From Antedon mediterranea (Eukaryota > Animalia > Echinodermata), in NCBI RefSeq assembly GCF_964355755.1, contig NC_092677.1, positions 6,656,101-6,720,100 of the forward strand: 64,000 nt of DNA, read 5' to 3'. Below the pieces are notes generated by a model. That model was not told the DNA's origin, searched no databases, and worked only from the letters and a program-made list of their open reading frames with translations. Each line of letters begins with the position of its first letter. The first letter of the stretch is position 1. Position numbers and translations under genes: made by a program. Below are positions 25,801-38,100 of the stretch, piece by piece.

Positions 25801-28589
25801 CACGCTATATTGCTTTCTTGAATCCTGAACTTGGAATTGTGTTACGAAAAGGTCTTGATGGCTATTTTGATGGCGATTGGTATGTCTGTGTCAGATACAT
25901 TTCCAAACTGCTCAATTTTTAATATAGATTTCCAGTTGCACAGGGACATATGAATTAAGGTAATAAATTCATTTTCTTTGCAGGTCTGCAGCATTTGTTT
26001 ACTACATCATGGCAGCTGAAACAGGCCTAGAGGTAGCACAATACAATATGGCTTATTTATGTGAAGAGAACTTTGTAAGTAAAAACTGACACTTATCCAA
26101 ATTGTAGTCTATACTAAACTTTACCAAACGTTTGGTAAGCAAGTTTTTAAAGTCTGTGATGCCTGTCTACAGTTAAATCCATCTGCAGGATCACATGACT
26201 ACAAAGCTGTCATGTGATTTGCTGGACAAACTTCAGTAAACTAGTTTGAAGGTGCAGTTCTTTTGTTCTACTCTTTTCCTGGCAAACTCTGATTTTGCTT
26301 GAGTTTCCAAATTTAAATTTCCAAGTATAGGCCAATTTCACAGTTAATTATTTACTCCAGTTGTTTAAGAGACACTGACTGGCCAAAAAATGATTTCTAG
26401 AAAGTCTTTACTATTTGCTCTAGTCATGATTAACATGGAGTTTAATTTCATTTTAACACTTTTTTAGGATGGTCTTGCTAGCAGTTTTATTACAAATGAG
26501 TGTACATGGAAATATTATAATTTATCAAGCATTGGAGAAAACCCTTATCCAGAATGTGAGTTTTGCAATGTCATAAAATTAAAAAATATTACAGTTATTT
26601 TCTAAGCATACCAATTTCTGATTTTCAGTTTATTTAAATATATGTATTATTTCTCTTCATTGTAAGCTCAAATCAAGATGGGCGATTATCATTACTATGG
26701 GTGCTTAGGCCAACAAGACATTCCAGCAGCTGTGGAGATGTATTCCAGAGCAGCCGCCGCAAATGAACCACAGGTAATATAGCCTAAAGTCATACTTACT
26801 TGCCGGTTAAAAATCTTTTAAGATTTTTATAAGCACTAGTAAAGTTAGGTTTTCAGTACATTGGTAGCAAAATAACCAAGGTATTCTCAACAATAATTTA
26901 TTTCCTTTTTAAAACATGTGGTGTACCGCAAACCTAACTTCGGTTAAAGATTATTCAATTTTAGTGATGTGTTATTTCATAACTACCTATACTGCATTTT
27001 TTCATTCTGTAGGCTTTGTTCAATTTAGCTTACCTAGTTGAAGAAGGTGTAAATATAAACCAAAGTACTTTGACCAAATTAAAAATAAACATTCCATCTG
27101 GAAACAAAACAGGTATACTTGTGAAAATGTATCAGAGGTAAGACATTTATTTAACTGTACATTTTTTACTATATTTTAAAAGAAACCCATGCATTTTGTT
27201 ATGATTATTTATTTCATTTTATAGATCTTTAGCTTTAATCTTTTGGATCTTAAAGTTCTATTTATTTGGTGTTAGCCGAAACAGTTTTTTATATGTTTAC
27301 AAATGACAATAAATTTACTTGACTTGACTTGATAAGCCTGAGATGTATTGGGGTAGCCCTCTACTCTTCGGAAACATGCACTGGGTTCTTTAATGTGCGC
27401 ACAAGCCAGATATATACGATGATTCTCCATGTTAAATGTGTTATTCAAAAAGACTTTTTGTAACACCAGTTGGTCAAGAAGTGCCTTGACTGCTAGGTCA
27501 TTGTATCTTATAGTGACACTTTGGCCAAGAGAACATTTCTGACGTAGTTAACTCTTCTTCAAAGCCCAGAATGCTAGGACCTCTTTTCCTTAAAATCCAA
27601 AATGATTTTGTTTCCATACTTTAAAAAGCTTTCTGACACCCATACCCAGATATTTTGTACAATTTGCTAATGCTGTATTCAATTGGCAAATAAGTGTCAT
27701 TGTTAATGTTTCTCCATTTCTGACTGAATGTAGGTGCCGAGATAGTGGCCGAGATGAATCTTACTTACCTTGTGGCCTAGCCTTACTCAGAATACAATTT
27801 TTAGATACATACAACAGATTCAAAACCATAATGAAGGTAAGTCCTTCTTTACGATCCTAAGCTCTGTCTAGACTATTAAACTAGTTTTACATAAAAAAAA
27901 GTGTGATGTGCCCAAATATTAAAGTGATATAATAATAATATACTGGATTAATAAAGCACCTGTACATAAATTATTACCCCAGTCAGTTTATGAATCAAAC
28001 ACGTATGGAAACATACTCCCATATGCAGCTAGTAATCAACCTTTGACCATATTTATTTATATTTTTTTTATTTTTTATTTTATTCAATCGAAACCAACAG
28101 CGATAATTACCGCCACTAACAGGTTTGATACAAACAAAGCCAGGACTGTTTTAAAGAACCTTGATTGGTCCTTACATTGATCAAGGGCTTCTCTCGTCTA
28201 ATGCCCGCCTTGACCAAAGGTCTGAGGCAGATACTAGATGCAGGGACTGCCATAAAAGTGCTGATTTCAAATGCCTACGGGATCCCAGCTCCGTATACAG
28301 CACCCGCTATTCCCAGATGGTCTCCCATCCAAGCTCTAACCAGGTCCAACATTGCTTAACTTCAGTGATCTGACGAGATGGGCACATCACATTTTTTATA
28401 TTTAGTTTGTATAATTTACTCAACCTATTCAAATAACTCTTTACCCAGTGACGCACAACAAATGTAATAACACATTTTTTTTTCCTGTAGTTATCGAGTG
28501 CACTGGGCATAACTGCTGTTTTCATGGTTACTTTACTATCAATCGGACATCATTTAAAAAACCGTGAGCAAATTGTTGAAACTGTTTGA
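13877..28589 (+). CDS. SEL1L3: Protein sel-1 homolog 3 (signal peptide, LamG/ConA-like domain, SEL1 repeats, C-terminal TM)
   Basis: Phase-consistent GT-AG exons: 13877-13924 (putative first exon, MISLILFSLYLLTLGL), 14995-15559, 17022-17148, 18770-18894, 19206-19321, 19560-19751, 20265-20397, 20738-20970, 21179-21313, 21484-21601, 21926-21987, 22436-22555, 23520-23663 and/or 23889-24032, 24457-24693, 25375-25499, 25796-25879, 25984-26074, 26468-26555, 26667-26773, 27013-27137, 27734-27836, 28491-28589. Motifs FTVVMYIYMLNHC..LC, LFWGxxG, YDYGIVL, AETGLEVAQYN, KMGDYHYYG match SEL1L3. Confidence 0.9.
14346..14640. repeat. Composite minisatellite in SEL1L3 intron 1
   Basis: Alternating ATTCGGCTCTTT(T/C)AGC and ATTCGGCCCATTTACCATTACG units, ending in a tandem pair of GATTCTGCCCTTTA. 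Confidence 0.85.
14744..14880. mobile_element. Partial palindromic Harbinger-like MITE
   Basis: CTAGTTTGACAAAAAA...GCCCAAATATGGTAGTGA...GGGCACATCACATTTT...AAAGTTTGATA. Same family as 15996, 17265, 22168, 37593 and 50986. Confidence 0.7.
15996..16133. mobile_element. Palindromic Harbinger-like MITE
   Basis: AGCGCTGTCTAC...GTGTAGACAGAGCT with TWA-type flanks. Confidence 0.75.
16458..16660. mobile_element. Truncated Kolobok-like MITE, short subfamily
   Basis: TTAAAGATATATTGTTTCCCTGAAAA left end. Interior matches 2898-3169; right TIR missing. Confidence 0.65.
17265..17373. mobile_element. Palindromic Harbinger-like MITE (internally deleted)
   Basis: TIRs AGCTCTGTCTACACTAT...ATAGTGTAGACAGAGCT. 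Confidence 0.75.
17960..18260 (+). mobile_element. 3' fragment of an L2/CR1-group LINE
   Basis: RLRSS...GDNAFSVTVPRIWN..P.DLR then LKTFLF, typical of the L2-type ORF2 end. Short TAGAA tail. Confidence 0.65.
19945..20122. mobile_element. Tc1/pogo-like MITE remnant
   Basis: TAAAGTAGAGGCTCT...AGAGGTTCTAATGTA ends with internal CTATTCAGGG/GTGTCC motifs. Related fragments at 25150-25215 and 25288-25350. Confidence 0.45.
22168..22284. mobile_element. Palindromic Harbinger-like MITE
   Basis: AGCTCTGTCTATACTATCAAACT...AGTTTGATAGTGTAGACAGAGCT. Confidence 0.78.
25128..25392 (+). repeat. 136-bp tandem duplication spanning a SEL1L3 3' splice site
   Basis: Two near-identical copies end in ...ttcacctatag GCCAAAGGTTTTGAATAT, with exon starts at 25239 and 25375. 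Confidence 0.9.
27345..27500 (-). mobile_element. Diverged Deu-domain-like SINE fragment
   Basis: CCCTCTACTCTTCG...CTGGGTTCTTTAATGTGC is shared with the SINE at 63520-63742. Confidence 0.5.
28050..28378 (-). mobile_element. 5S rRNA-derived SINE (SINE3-type), 5'-truncated
   Basis: 5S-like head, then a ~210-bp unique body and a LINE-like end (GTTTCGATTGAATAAAATAAAAAATAAAA). Confidence 0.7.
28296..28378 (-). rRNA. 5S rRNA-derived fragment (about nt 33-115; not a complete gene)
   Basis: Minus strand TCTCGTCAGATCACTGAAGTTAAGCAATGTTGGACCTGGTTAGAGCTTGGATGGGAGACCATCTGGGAATAGCGGGTGCTGTA, with A-box and C-box (TGGATGGGAG) recognisable. Confidence 0.8.
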
Positions 28590-30056
28590 TGTTAAAATCA
28601 TGTGATCATTGTTCTTGATTTCTGATTGGACATTGTAATATATTTTTTACCAATGTTTGGAAGGCCACTCTTCTATCATCTAACAGGTGTTTGAGGCTGA
28701 TGAATAGACATTAAATTGTCTAACTATCATCTAACAAGTTTTGGAGACTGATCATTGGACATTATTTAAGTACATGACAGTATTAATAAATTAATTGGAC
28801 AACTTTTGTAACTATCATCTAATGATATTTGAGGCTAAAACTGTGTCTTCCAATGCATTATATTAATTTATATTTTAACTTAAATTGTCAGTATCTAAAA
28901 ATACATTTTTTATTTATTGTATTGTTTAATTATTACAAAGAAATTATATCTTCCATTTATAATAATATTACTAACTTTCACCTTTAATAATATTTAATAT
29001 TTAATAATATTTAAAGCAGCTTTTATTATTAATTTGTTTAGATAATTATTTTTAATGTCCAGTTTGTGTAATTAATGTTTAAATTTCATGTGCAATAGTA
29101 TGTGTTTATATAGAATTTTTTAATCATTTTGAGATTAATTCAAATTTCACAAATTTGAAGGCTCTAAAACAACTCTTTGTTTATATCCTATATGTTAATC
29201 TTTTAACTGCAGATTTTAATATTTCTATAAGATTTTAATTATTTCTAAAAGATTTTAATATTTCTGGTTCAAATCTTGATTGGGTGCTTTTTTCTCATTT
29301 TCACAGGTTTCCTAATTTTCACTGTCTATAAATGAATTAATAGATTTCCAGTATATCACTAGGTGTATATTATTATCATTACATATTTACCATATTTATT
29401 TGAACAAAGCCATATACATGGTTGCAGTCACATGCTCAAATTTGAATTAGTCTTTACTGACCAACCGACCGACATAGTGAGCTGTAGAGTCGCGTTGCAC
29501 ACAACTAATAAACACCATTTTTTGGACTAAATGGTCAAATAAATCTTTTCTTTTTCTCAAATGATACTGTATTACAACATATTTAAATTTGTAGTAGAAT
29601 TAATTCAAGATTTATAATTTACCAAGGTTTGATCATTTTTTTTACTTCTTGTTGTATTTTTTCATATCTATGGGGCATTTATTTGATTATAAATGTTACC
29701 ATAATTACACTCATTAAAATAAACACCTCCCTTAAATAATTACATTAATGATTATTAATAATTTAATGCATTTGTTGTCAGCCAACCATCCCCAAATATA
29801 TGTTCGGTTTTTAAAACTTCACACATACTTTCCGGCCCTGTCAGTGTGCCGGTTTGTCCCCTTCATAATTATTTCTCTCTTGTATGCTTCTTTCAATAAC
29901 CTTTTTATGTTCCATCCTCACCTGATTTTTTTTAGTTTTCTATACATTTTTCATAGAAAGTTTTATCCGATACTTACTACAGTACTTATAAGTATAAGCA
30001 ATAATTAATTTTGTGTTTATGTTTGATTTTTTTAATTCTATTTTTCTGATGAAATC

Positions 30057-30060
<4 letters not shown>

Positions 30061-30114
<54 letters not shown>
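30061..30114. repeat. (AT)n microsatellite
   Basis: About 27 AT units. Confidence 0.95.
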
Positions 30115-30117
<3 letters not shown>

Positions 30118-31539
30118 CACATTGAAATAAATAAAAGTCATAACTAAAAAACAATTTCGTATTTTGTAATATTTGTTAACTATTATAGCATATTACAGCC
30201 ATGTTTTACCTTGTCAATCTTGCTAAAACTAATCCATTATCAAAAAATATACTAAAAATAAGTAGAAAAAAAGATATTAAATAATTCAACTTTATTTAAC
30301 CATGGAGGCTCCGATCAACTCATGATTGTTCTAACCTTAGCTTTGCAAATATAAAATATAATTTTAACAATTTTTAACAATATTACAGTATGTACGGTAT
30401 TCTCAATATAGTATGCTCTGAAAATTGGAAACACTAAAACAAAACCAGACTTTCTTGAGGTCTGAAAGTTCCCAAATTCTATTTGTACCATTAAAAGCAC
30501 ATTTGGTATACAAGTACATGTACCCGACACATTAGACCAGCCTAAGGTATCCGGTATTGGAAAGTTGACTGTACTGTATATATAAAAAAGAAATTACAAT
30601 CGTGATGCCAAATAAAAACATGATATTTTAGAATGACAGTACAATAAAGGATGGACAATGAAGAACTTCATCAATTTCTTATTAACTCTCCACTCAATGG
30701 ATCGACCCATGTTTCTTATTCAAGTCCTGGTTATTGTATAATTTGATAAGAATCAAATGAATTGGTAAACATTTTTATTTAAAAAAAGAGAATGAGTAAA
30801 TGTTATGGCCGATATATCGACGATATTAAATTTTTGACAATTCTCTTTATTATTAACATTGCATAATGACTCGATTGTTGTTGGTCTGAAAAAGGATGAC
30901 ATTGTATGTACTTTAATTTAACAAGATATCATTTACACAACAATTTTGAATGAATTAGAAAAGATTGAGTTTCAGTTATCAAGTTAATTAAGCATTGATT
31001 GCATTGAAGTTATTGTACATGCGCTGACAGTGTGAGCAGAGAGGTTTTTGAATTCGGTGCTATTCTGTTATAGTATAGACAGAACTGTGGTGACAGTGTG
31101 ATTTTCATTGTCATTGTGCCGACAGTGTGAGCAGAGAGGTTTTGGAATTATGTTGCTATTCTGTGCTATTTTATTTATTATAGACGACAGTGTGAATTCA
31201 ATGCTTAGTCGCTAATAGCCTGTTTGTACTGGAAAAAAATAAGTAACAATATTCCTGGTACAAGTAAGCAATTGTTTTTGTTACTTCAGGTGAATATAGG
31301 GACACACAAGCATTGCTTTAGATGTCCAAGATCAAGGTAATATATTTTAAATTTGTTTTTTTTTCTTTTTTTCAAAAACTCTCCCTCCCAAAAATGTACT
31401 TGCATTTTGAATGACCAGTTTAAGCAAATTGACTGGTTTAAAAACATCTAATAAATAATTTCAGAATAAAATGTTAATATAAAAGCAATGTGTTTAGATT
31501 ATTTAACATGTTTTCTAATGTACTTATTTTATTAATTGT

Positions 31540-32067
31540 ATGTATTGTCCCTTTGACTAATTCCAAAAAAAAAATTTTCTTTAATTTCGAAAAAAAGTGG
31601 GTCATTTTGAAGTATCATAATAGTTATTAACTTTCACAAAAAATTAGTCGGAAAAAAAAATGTTTTTTGGTTCAAAAAATAACTTTGACTTCCAGTCAAA
31701 GTTTTCAATAAAAACATATCTCATAATGCAACGCACTTATTTGGCTACTCTGTATGCATAATCATAAAACTTCCTCGCGATCTGTGTGAAAACACCTTCT
31801 CAACCGTGACGAGTTGTAAACAATCCTAATTAGCATCATGAATAATGCATACTCATGGTTTGAAATCTTTGTTTACTTTCGCTTGCGATGATTTCCCAGA
31901 CGAAATGTAATCTAATTAATGTACCTGTTAATTACGTAAAATTGTTGTTTTTGGCTCGAATTTTCGACTTAAAGTGAATAACTTTAATATTACTTTGATA
32001 TGGCCAATTTAAATTTAGAATATTTTTTTTTTCATTTTTTGTGTTTCAAGGGACAATACATCTTTAA
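31540..32067. mobile_element. Kolobok-like MITE, long subfamily
   Basis: ATGTATTGTCCC...GGGACAATACATCT-TTAA. Reverse-complement homolog of 51519-52033. Confidence 0.8.
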
Positions 32068-32136
32068 TTTAAACTACTGTATCCTGTTTTCAATAGGTGA
32101 TATTCAGCTTCTTTCAAGTGGACATAATTCTACAAT

Positions 32137-35100
32137 ATGTTTGAACAAAAGCATTTGATTGCTGTGTTCTCTGTCCTGTTTGTTACAGTGTATTTATCAT
32201 CATCATCATCAACAACAGAGGTAAATACTTTTATAGCCTTTCCTGCCAAAAAAGAAAATCCTTTGAATTTTGAGTATCAGTGATTTATCGAGGATTTCTG
32301 AAACAGAGTGCTAATGGTAGTAATATGTTTTCCATTTAATATAAAAATATTATATAGCATTTATTTCTTAAAGCTTCCTAATCACAAATTTATTAAATGC
32401 TCTGTTTTATCTCACCAGGTACCCATTTACACCTGAGAGAAGCAAGCGTAAATAAGTAAATTGTCTTGTCTAAGAACATAAGCAAAGCGACCAGTTTCTC
32501 TCGAAGTCCAAACTTGCACTTACACAAATTAAGTATTTTTACCTCTATGGTCCAGTGAATATAGCCCCGCTCAATCGTGATTGTCGGAACTTCAATTTAA
32601 TGCACTTTGATTGGCTGGTGATATGAAAAATACAAATTTGTCAACTTTAACATACATAATAACTGTTCTGAATAAAATAATAATAACAATAATAATATCA
32701 ATGTTGCACCCAATGCTATACTGTACATAAAAACTAAACCCAAACCAAAATATGGGGATACGCTCTCTTTGCTATAATAATAGTAACGTTTGGTGTAATT
32801 GAACCCTGATCAACACCACTTGTGTCTCGGTCATCCCACACTTTAGTGCCCCCTACCATAGTTATAAAAATTAACTCGTAGTACTAAACTGTCTATGATA
32901 GTTTAACTATTCACTTTCAGGAGGATGTCACCCTTGTAGGCTGGGAATTCAGGAGACTGAATTTGTCTAAAATTGAGTCAGAGAACCATCGTATAACACA
33001 TAACAATTTTGAGCTTGAAGAATGTGCCTATGCCTGTGTAGAACAACCCAACATCAACTGTACTCATTTTGAATTTCTTAGCAATGTGTGTCATCTAATA
33101 GATTCCCATAATTCAACCAGTTTCACAATAATTCAGAGTCATGAAGACCTATACAAGCGAAAAACTTTTCATGGTAGGTTTAATAACTGTGGTGGGGTAT
33201 GTGACAAAGCGAATTTTGTTAAATGACATCACTAGATGGTTGGAAAATTTGTGTGGGAACTGCCGATCATTTGATTGTTTACAGAGCTTAGTGTTTTGAT
33301 TTGAGTCTAGGAAAACAGGTTAAATGTATTTATTTAAATGCTATTTATTGAACCTGTCCCTGTCCACATACAGCTAGTACTAATAACCTAGTCTACACCT
33401 ATAATAAGATTAGTAAAATTGTATTGGAAACATTTTTCCTTTGTTATTTAAGGTGTGCCATTTGTAAACTTTACGATATCATATGGATATGGTTTGGGTG
33501 GTTCTGGAAACATTACATTCAATTCAACAGTGGACAATTGCTTAGATGATTGTCGTCAAACTGGTTTTTTTCGAGCCTTCAGATACTACTCCAACAATCT
33601 TTGTGAATGTATATTACAAGTTGACGAAGAGTCATTAGTTGTCGTTGATGTTTTTGGTGTTCGGCCTAGTGAGTTTTTCACAGTTTTCAAAATAAAAAGC
33701 ATTTAAAACCATGCCATAAGCAAGTATGTTTAATATGTTTATATTGAAGATGTATTGCCCCTGAAAATATAATTATTAAACATTTTTTTGTTGAATATGC
33801 CATTTTAATGTCACATAATAGTTATCCACTTTGACCAAAAATTTAGCTGCAAAAAAAATTATTTACCTGAATAAACTGTAATTTAAAGCAGAAAGTAGTC
33901 AAATTGGCTGCCAGCCAATGGATTTTTGGTTGAATTTAACCATTTATTTTGTAATTATATAAGTGAAAACATTATTTTTTAGGGGTTTTTTTCTACGGAA
34001 GTGATTAACTTTATTAAAACTACAAAATACCCTATTAATTTTTCATGTTTTTGGGGGACAATACATCTTTAAAAAAAAGCATTTTACCAATCTATATCGC
34101 AATTAATTAAATGCAAAGTACTGTAACCTTTTCTAAATAGCTATAAATATTAATTGGATTTTAATGGTAAAGTTTATCACAAGTTTAAGAATATTGGGTA
34201 GCTCACCTCTGACCTTTCTCATTTTAATATTGATATTCTATAGCAAAATGTAATCTGGATTGTGATAATGGATACCTTAATCCATTCCTATGCTACTGTA
34301 AATGTAACGATGGTTGGTATGGCAAACATTGTAGAACCAGTGGTAAGTGTTTTCCTCTTTTTCATATTGTTTTTTCAAGCCTTGTATGAAAGAAATAAAA
34401 TCAAAATTAATTTGAGTATTGTCAAGGATTTCCAATAAATTTATTTTATTTTATGACAATCATATTTTTATTACGGAGTTACAAAACACAGGGTTAAAAC
34501 ACCGGGTTTAAACACCTTAATGCATTCAGCTCTGGAAACTCACCGAGGACTACTGTGCATGCAATGTAAAAGGTACTGTCGTGGTATCAAGTATCAAGTA
34601 TCAAGTATAATCTTTATTCGTTCCCACAAGGAGAAAATTACATTGCTCGTCTTCAAATACATCATAATTACAATATATAAAATAACATGACAATACAACA
34701 ATACCAATATTAAAAACTCACAACAAGAACATATTATTTCATGGTGCTCATCTGGATGAATGTCGCTGATGTCTCCTGATACCTGTGGGCAGAAAGGAGA
34801 AAAGATATCGGTTTGTCTCAGCAGCCGCGGATCGCAATCTTCCACTAAGAGCACTCCTGAGACTGCCTAAATCGGAATTCACAGGATGACTTTCATCCCT
34901 CAACACCATCCCAAAAAGCCTGTCCAGGTTCTCGCAATAAACTGAATTCACCGACTGCTGACACAAACCAGACATCCTCTCAACCCTTCTTACCACACGA
35001 TCAATTCTACCCTTATCTCCCTCTGTAACATTTCCACCCCACCCTGCAATACAATATTTCCAAACCCCAACAATAATAGACTGATAGAATGTAATCAAAA

Positions 35101-38100
35101 TATTATTATTTACACTGAACTTGTTTAGTTGTCTTAAACAGTACATTCTAGTATTTACTTTCTTCATAACGAGATCCAAGTGGTCACGTCAATTTAGTGT
35201 TAAATACAACCCCCCAGATATTTATATGTTTCCACCCTCTGAATTTGCCTACCCATTATGTCAACTAGATCACATTTATTCGTTTTCTTTCTAAAATCTA
35301 TAATCATTTCCTTTGTTTTTTCAACATTCAATTCTAAAAAGTTATCATTACTATATTTTACAAAATTATTAATCTCATTTAAATATGAAGTGCAATCGTC
35401 CTTTTGAATCAAGCCAATCATCGCCGTATCGTCAGCAAATCGTACAACTGGGCAAGAATCATATTTAGATCTATAATCACTTGTATACAAGGTAAACAAA
35501 AAAGGGGCTAATACAGTGCCTTGTGGCGCACCTGTATTGGAAACACTAACATCAGAACATACTGTTGCTTTCTGTTTGTTAGAAAATTCAGAATAAAAAG
35601 AATCAAATTAAAGGGAATGGCCATCTTACACAGCTTATCTACTAGTAAATGGGGTTGAATAGTGTTAAACGCAGAGGAGAAGTCGTAATATATAACACGG
35701 GCTGAATTTCAAACCTTTGTTTTATCTAAATGACGATACAGCCTTTCAAGTTTAACGACAATCGCATCTTCTGTGCTCCGAGCACTTCTGTATGCAAATT
35801 GCATAGGATCAGTATGTGTAGTGACTATTGGTTTTAAGCATTTTAAAACAATTTTCTCACATATTTTACCTACAACTGATGTTAAGGCAACTGGCCTGAG
35901 ATCATTCATATACTTAATAACACGGCTTTTTGGAATAGGAACAATAGATGATTGTTTCCATGTTTCTGGAAGTGAACTTAATTGTGAAACACAAATTAAA
36001 AATATTTGAGAAAATATACGATAACTGCATTGCACATGATTTTAAAATATTTGGTTTAAGTTTATCGGGCCCGGGAGCTTTCTTAGCATTCAAATTTCTA
36101 AAATACTTATATACTTCACCCTCATTTGTATCAATTTTTATGTCATTTATATTTGATTCAAGCTGACACTTCCGTTCCTTAATTTCTTTTGAAAAATCAT
36201 ATTGTTAAAACGATTGAAAAATATATTTAATTTATTTGCATATTCTTTGTCAATTTTTGGTAGCGATACAGATTTTTGTTTATTATTTATATGTCCACTC
36301 ATTAACCTCATTCCTTGCCACACCTCTTTCATGTTATTTTCCGTGAACTTCTTTTCACCTTTTTTTTTAAACTTGTATTTTTCTTTACGTATTGCACATT
36401 TTAATTCTTTTTGGACCTCTTTTAATTTCTCTTTATTACCTTCAGCAAATGCTTTCTGTTTCCGGTTAATAATAATTTTCACATCTTTGGTTATCCACGG
36501 TTTATTATTCGCAAACATTTTAACCTTTTTAGTTGGGATAAGCATATCACTACAAAAGTTTATATATTCAGACACTGTGTTCGTAAGTTCATTCAGATCA
36601 TTAGCGTTATTAATAAATATCTCCCAGTCCGTATCATCAAATGCATCTTGTAGGCGTTCCGTTGCTTCCGCTGTCCATTTCTTTACTTTAATAGTCCTTG
36701 GCTTCTCTCATTTAACTAATGGAATGTATTTCGGGTTTAGTACGATTAAAAAATGATCTCCCAAGCACAGCCACTGGGTTGAAACATATGCGTTTTTCAC
36801 ATTTGTGTAGGGTCTGTGGGTCAGCCGAACAATTATTTATTTATATTATTATTGTATTAATGATATAGGGCATTATTATTTTTTTTATTACAAAAATATG
36901 GTTGTGGTACCCTATTATCTATAATCACAAGCTAAAAATTATGTGGTTTTCCCCTTCGTTTTCATGTGAACACAAATTGGTTAGTAATTTCAATTTTAAC
37001 AGTGCATCCTTTTCTTTAATATAGATGTATGTTTAGGAGAATTGGGAATAGAAGATGGTTCAATCACAACAATAAGAAGATTAATTGTGGAGATGGATTC
37101 ACTACATTTCAATAGTAGTCAATTAAGCTTTACAATTTTGTCTCGACACACAGATTCTGTTGTGTTACTAGAAATATTTCTCCCTGTTGCTACTAATCTA
37201 ACAGCTGTAAGTTGATAACAGATTTAAATAATTTGAATTCAGTTTAAGGTCACACAAACTGCAAAAAGTTTAGGTCCAATTATTTTATAGTAAATATGTA
37301 TATCTATAGCATCTGCAGACAGTGTAACATGATTCTTGTTTAATTTTCTCAGAAATTTCAATATCTTGTTGCTGAAACATTACCTTTAATGGCCTACTAA
37401 ATAATTTTTTTTTAATTATCAGAAATATTATCTTCAATCCCGAAGGATCATCTACAATTCGTCAATTTTATTAATTCAAATCTAGTTATTGATATTATTG
37501 TAACTAATGTACCAATTAAACAAATGACTATTATCGGGATATTAAGAATAAAACTTAGTAGGTTTATTATTTAATATTTCAGTGATGCCTAAAGTTCTTT
37601 CTACACTATCAAACTAGTTTGACAAAAAAAGTGTGATGTGGCTATATATGGTAGTGATATGACATCATCATGTCTATATATGGGCACATCACATTGTTTT
37701 GTCACATAAAGTTTGATACTATAGACAGAGCTTAACACCATCCTCTTTATTTTGATTATTAATTTACAGATAGCTTTCTATGGAGAAAAAACCGTATCAG
37801 GAGATGATGCCATGATTTTGAGATATTTCATTAGTTATTTTCAAGATGGTAAACAACATTATGTTGTTGGGGAGGATGATGAAATAATGTTTGTAAGTAG
37901 TGCATTAGTATCGGGGATTAGTATACAAATAATGAATGTTCAGAATAACAATAAGTGTCTTGAAACTAGCTGTTACGCCACTGCTGAACAACCAGCCCCC
38001 AACTTTTGAAAATTACAATGCAAAGATACTGTAAAACATACAGTTCAGCACTTAGTTTTACAATTTTTAGGGCCTGGCAAGCACCCCCTCAACTGCCATT

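Larger units (their letters stand above)
27860..28400. mobile_element. Harbinger-like MITE interrupted by two SINE insertions
   Basis: Left arm AGCTCTGTCTAGACTA...GTGCCCAAATAT (27860-27930), then a tRNA-SINE 3' part (27931-28040) and a 5S-SINE (28050-28378). The MITE resumes at TGGGCACATCACATTTT (28379). Confidence 0.7.

Noticed and set aside
28296-28378. Functional 5S rRNA gene
   Set aside because: About 32 nt of the 5' end are missing, it is diverged, solitary, intronic and embedded in repeats.
35773-36756. Plus-strand hydrophobic ORFs (78, 72 and 184 aa)
   Set aside because: Antisense to the LINE ORF2.
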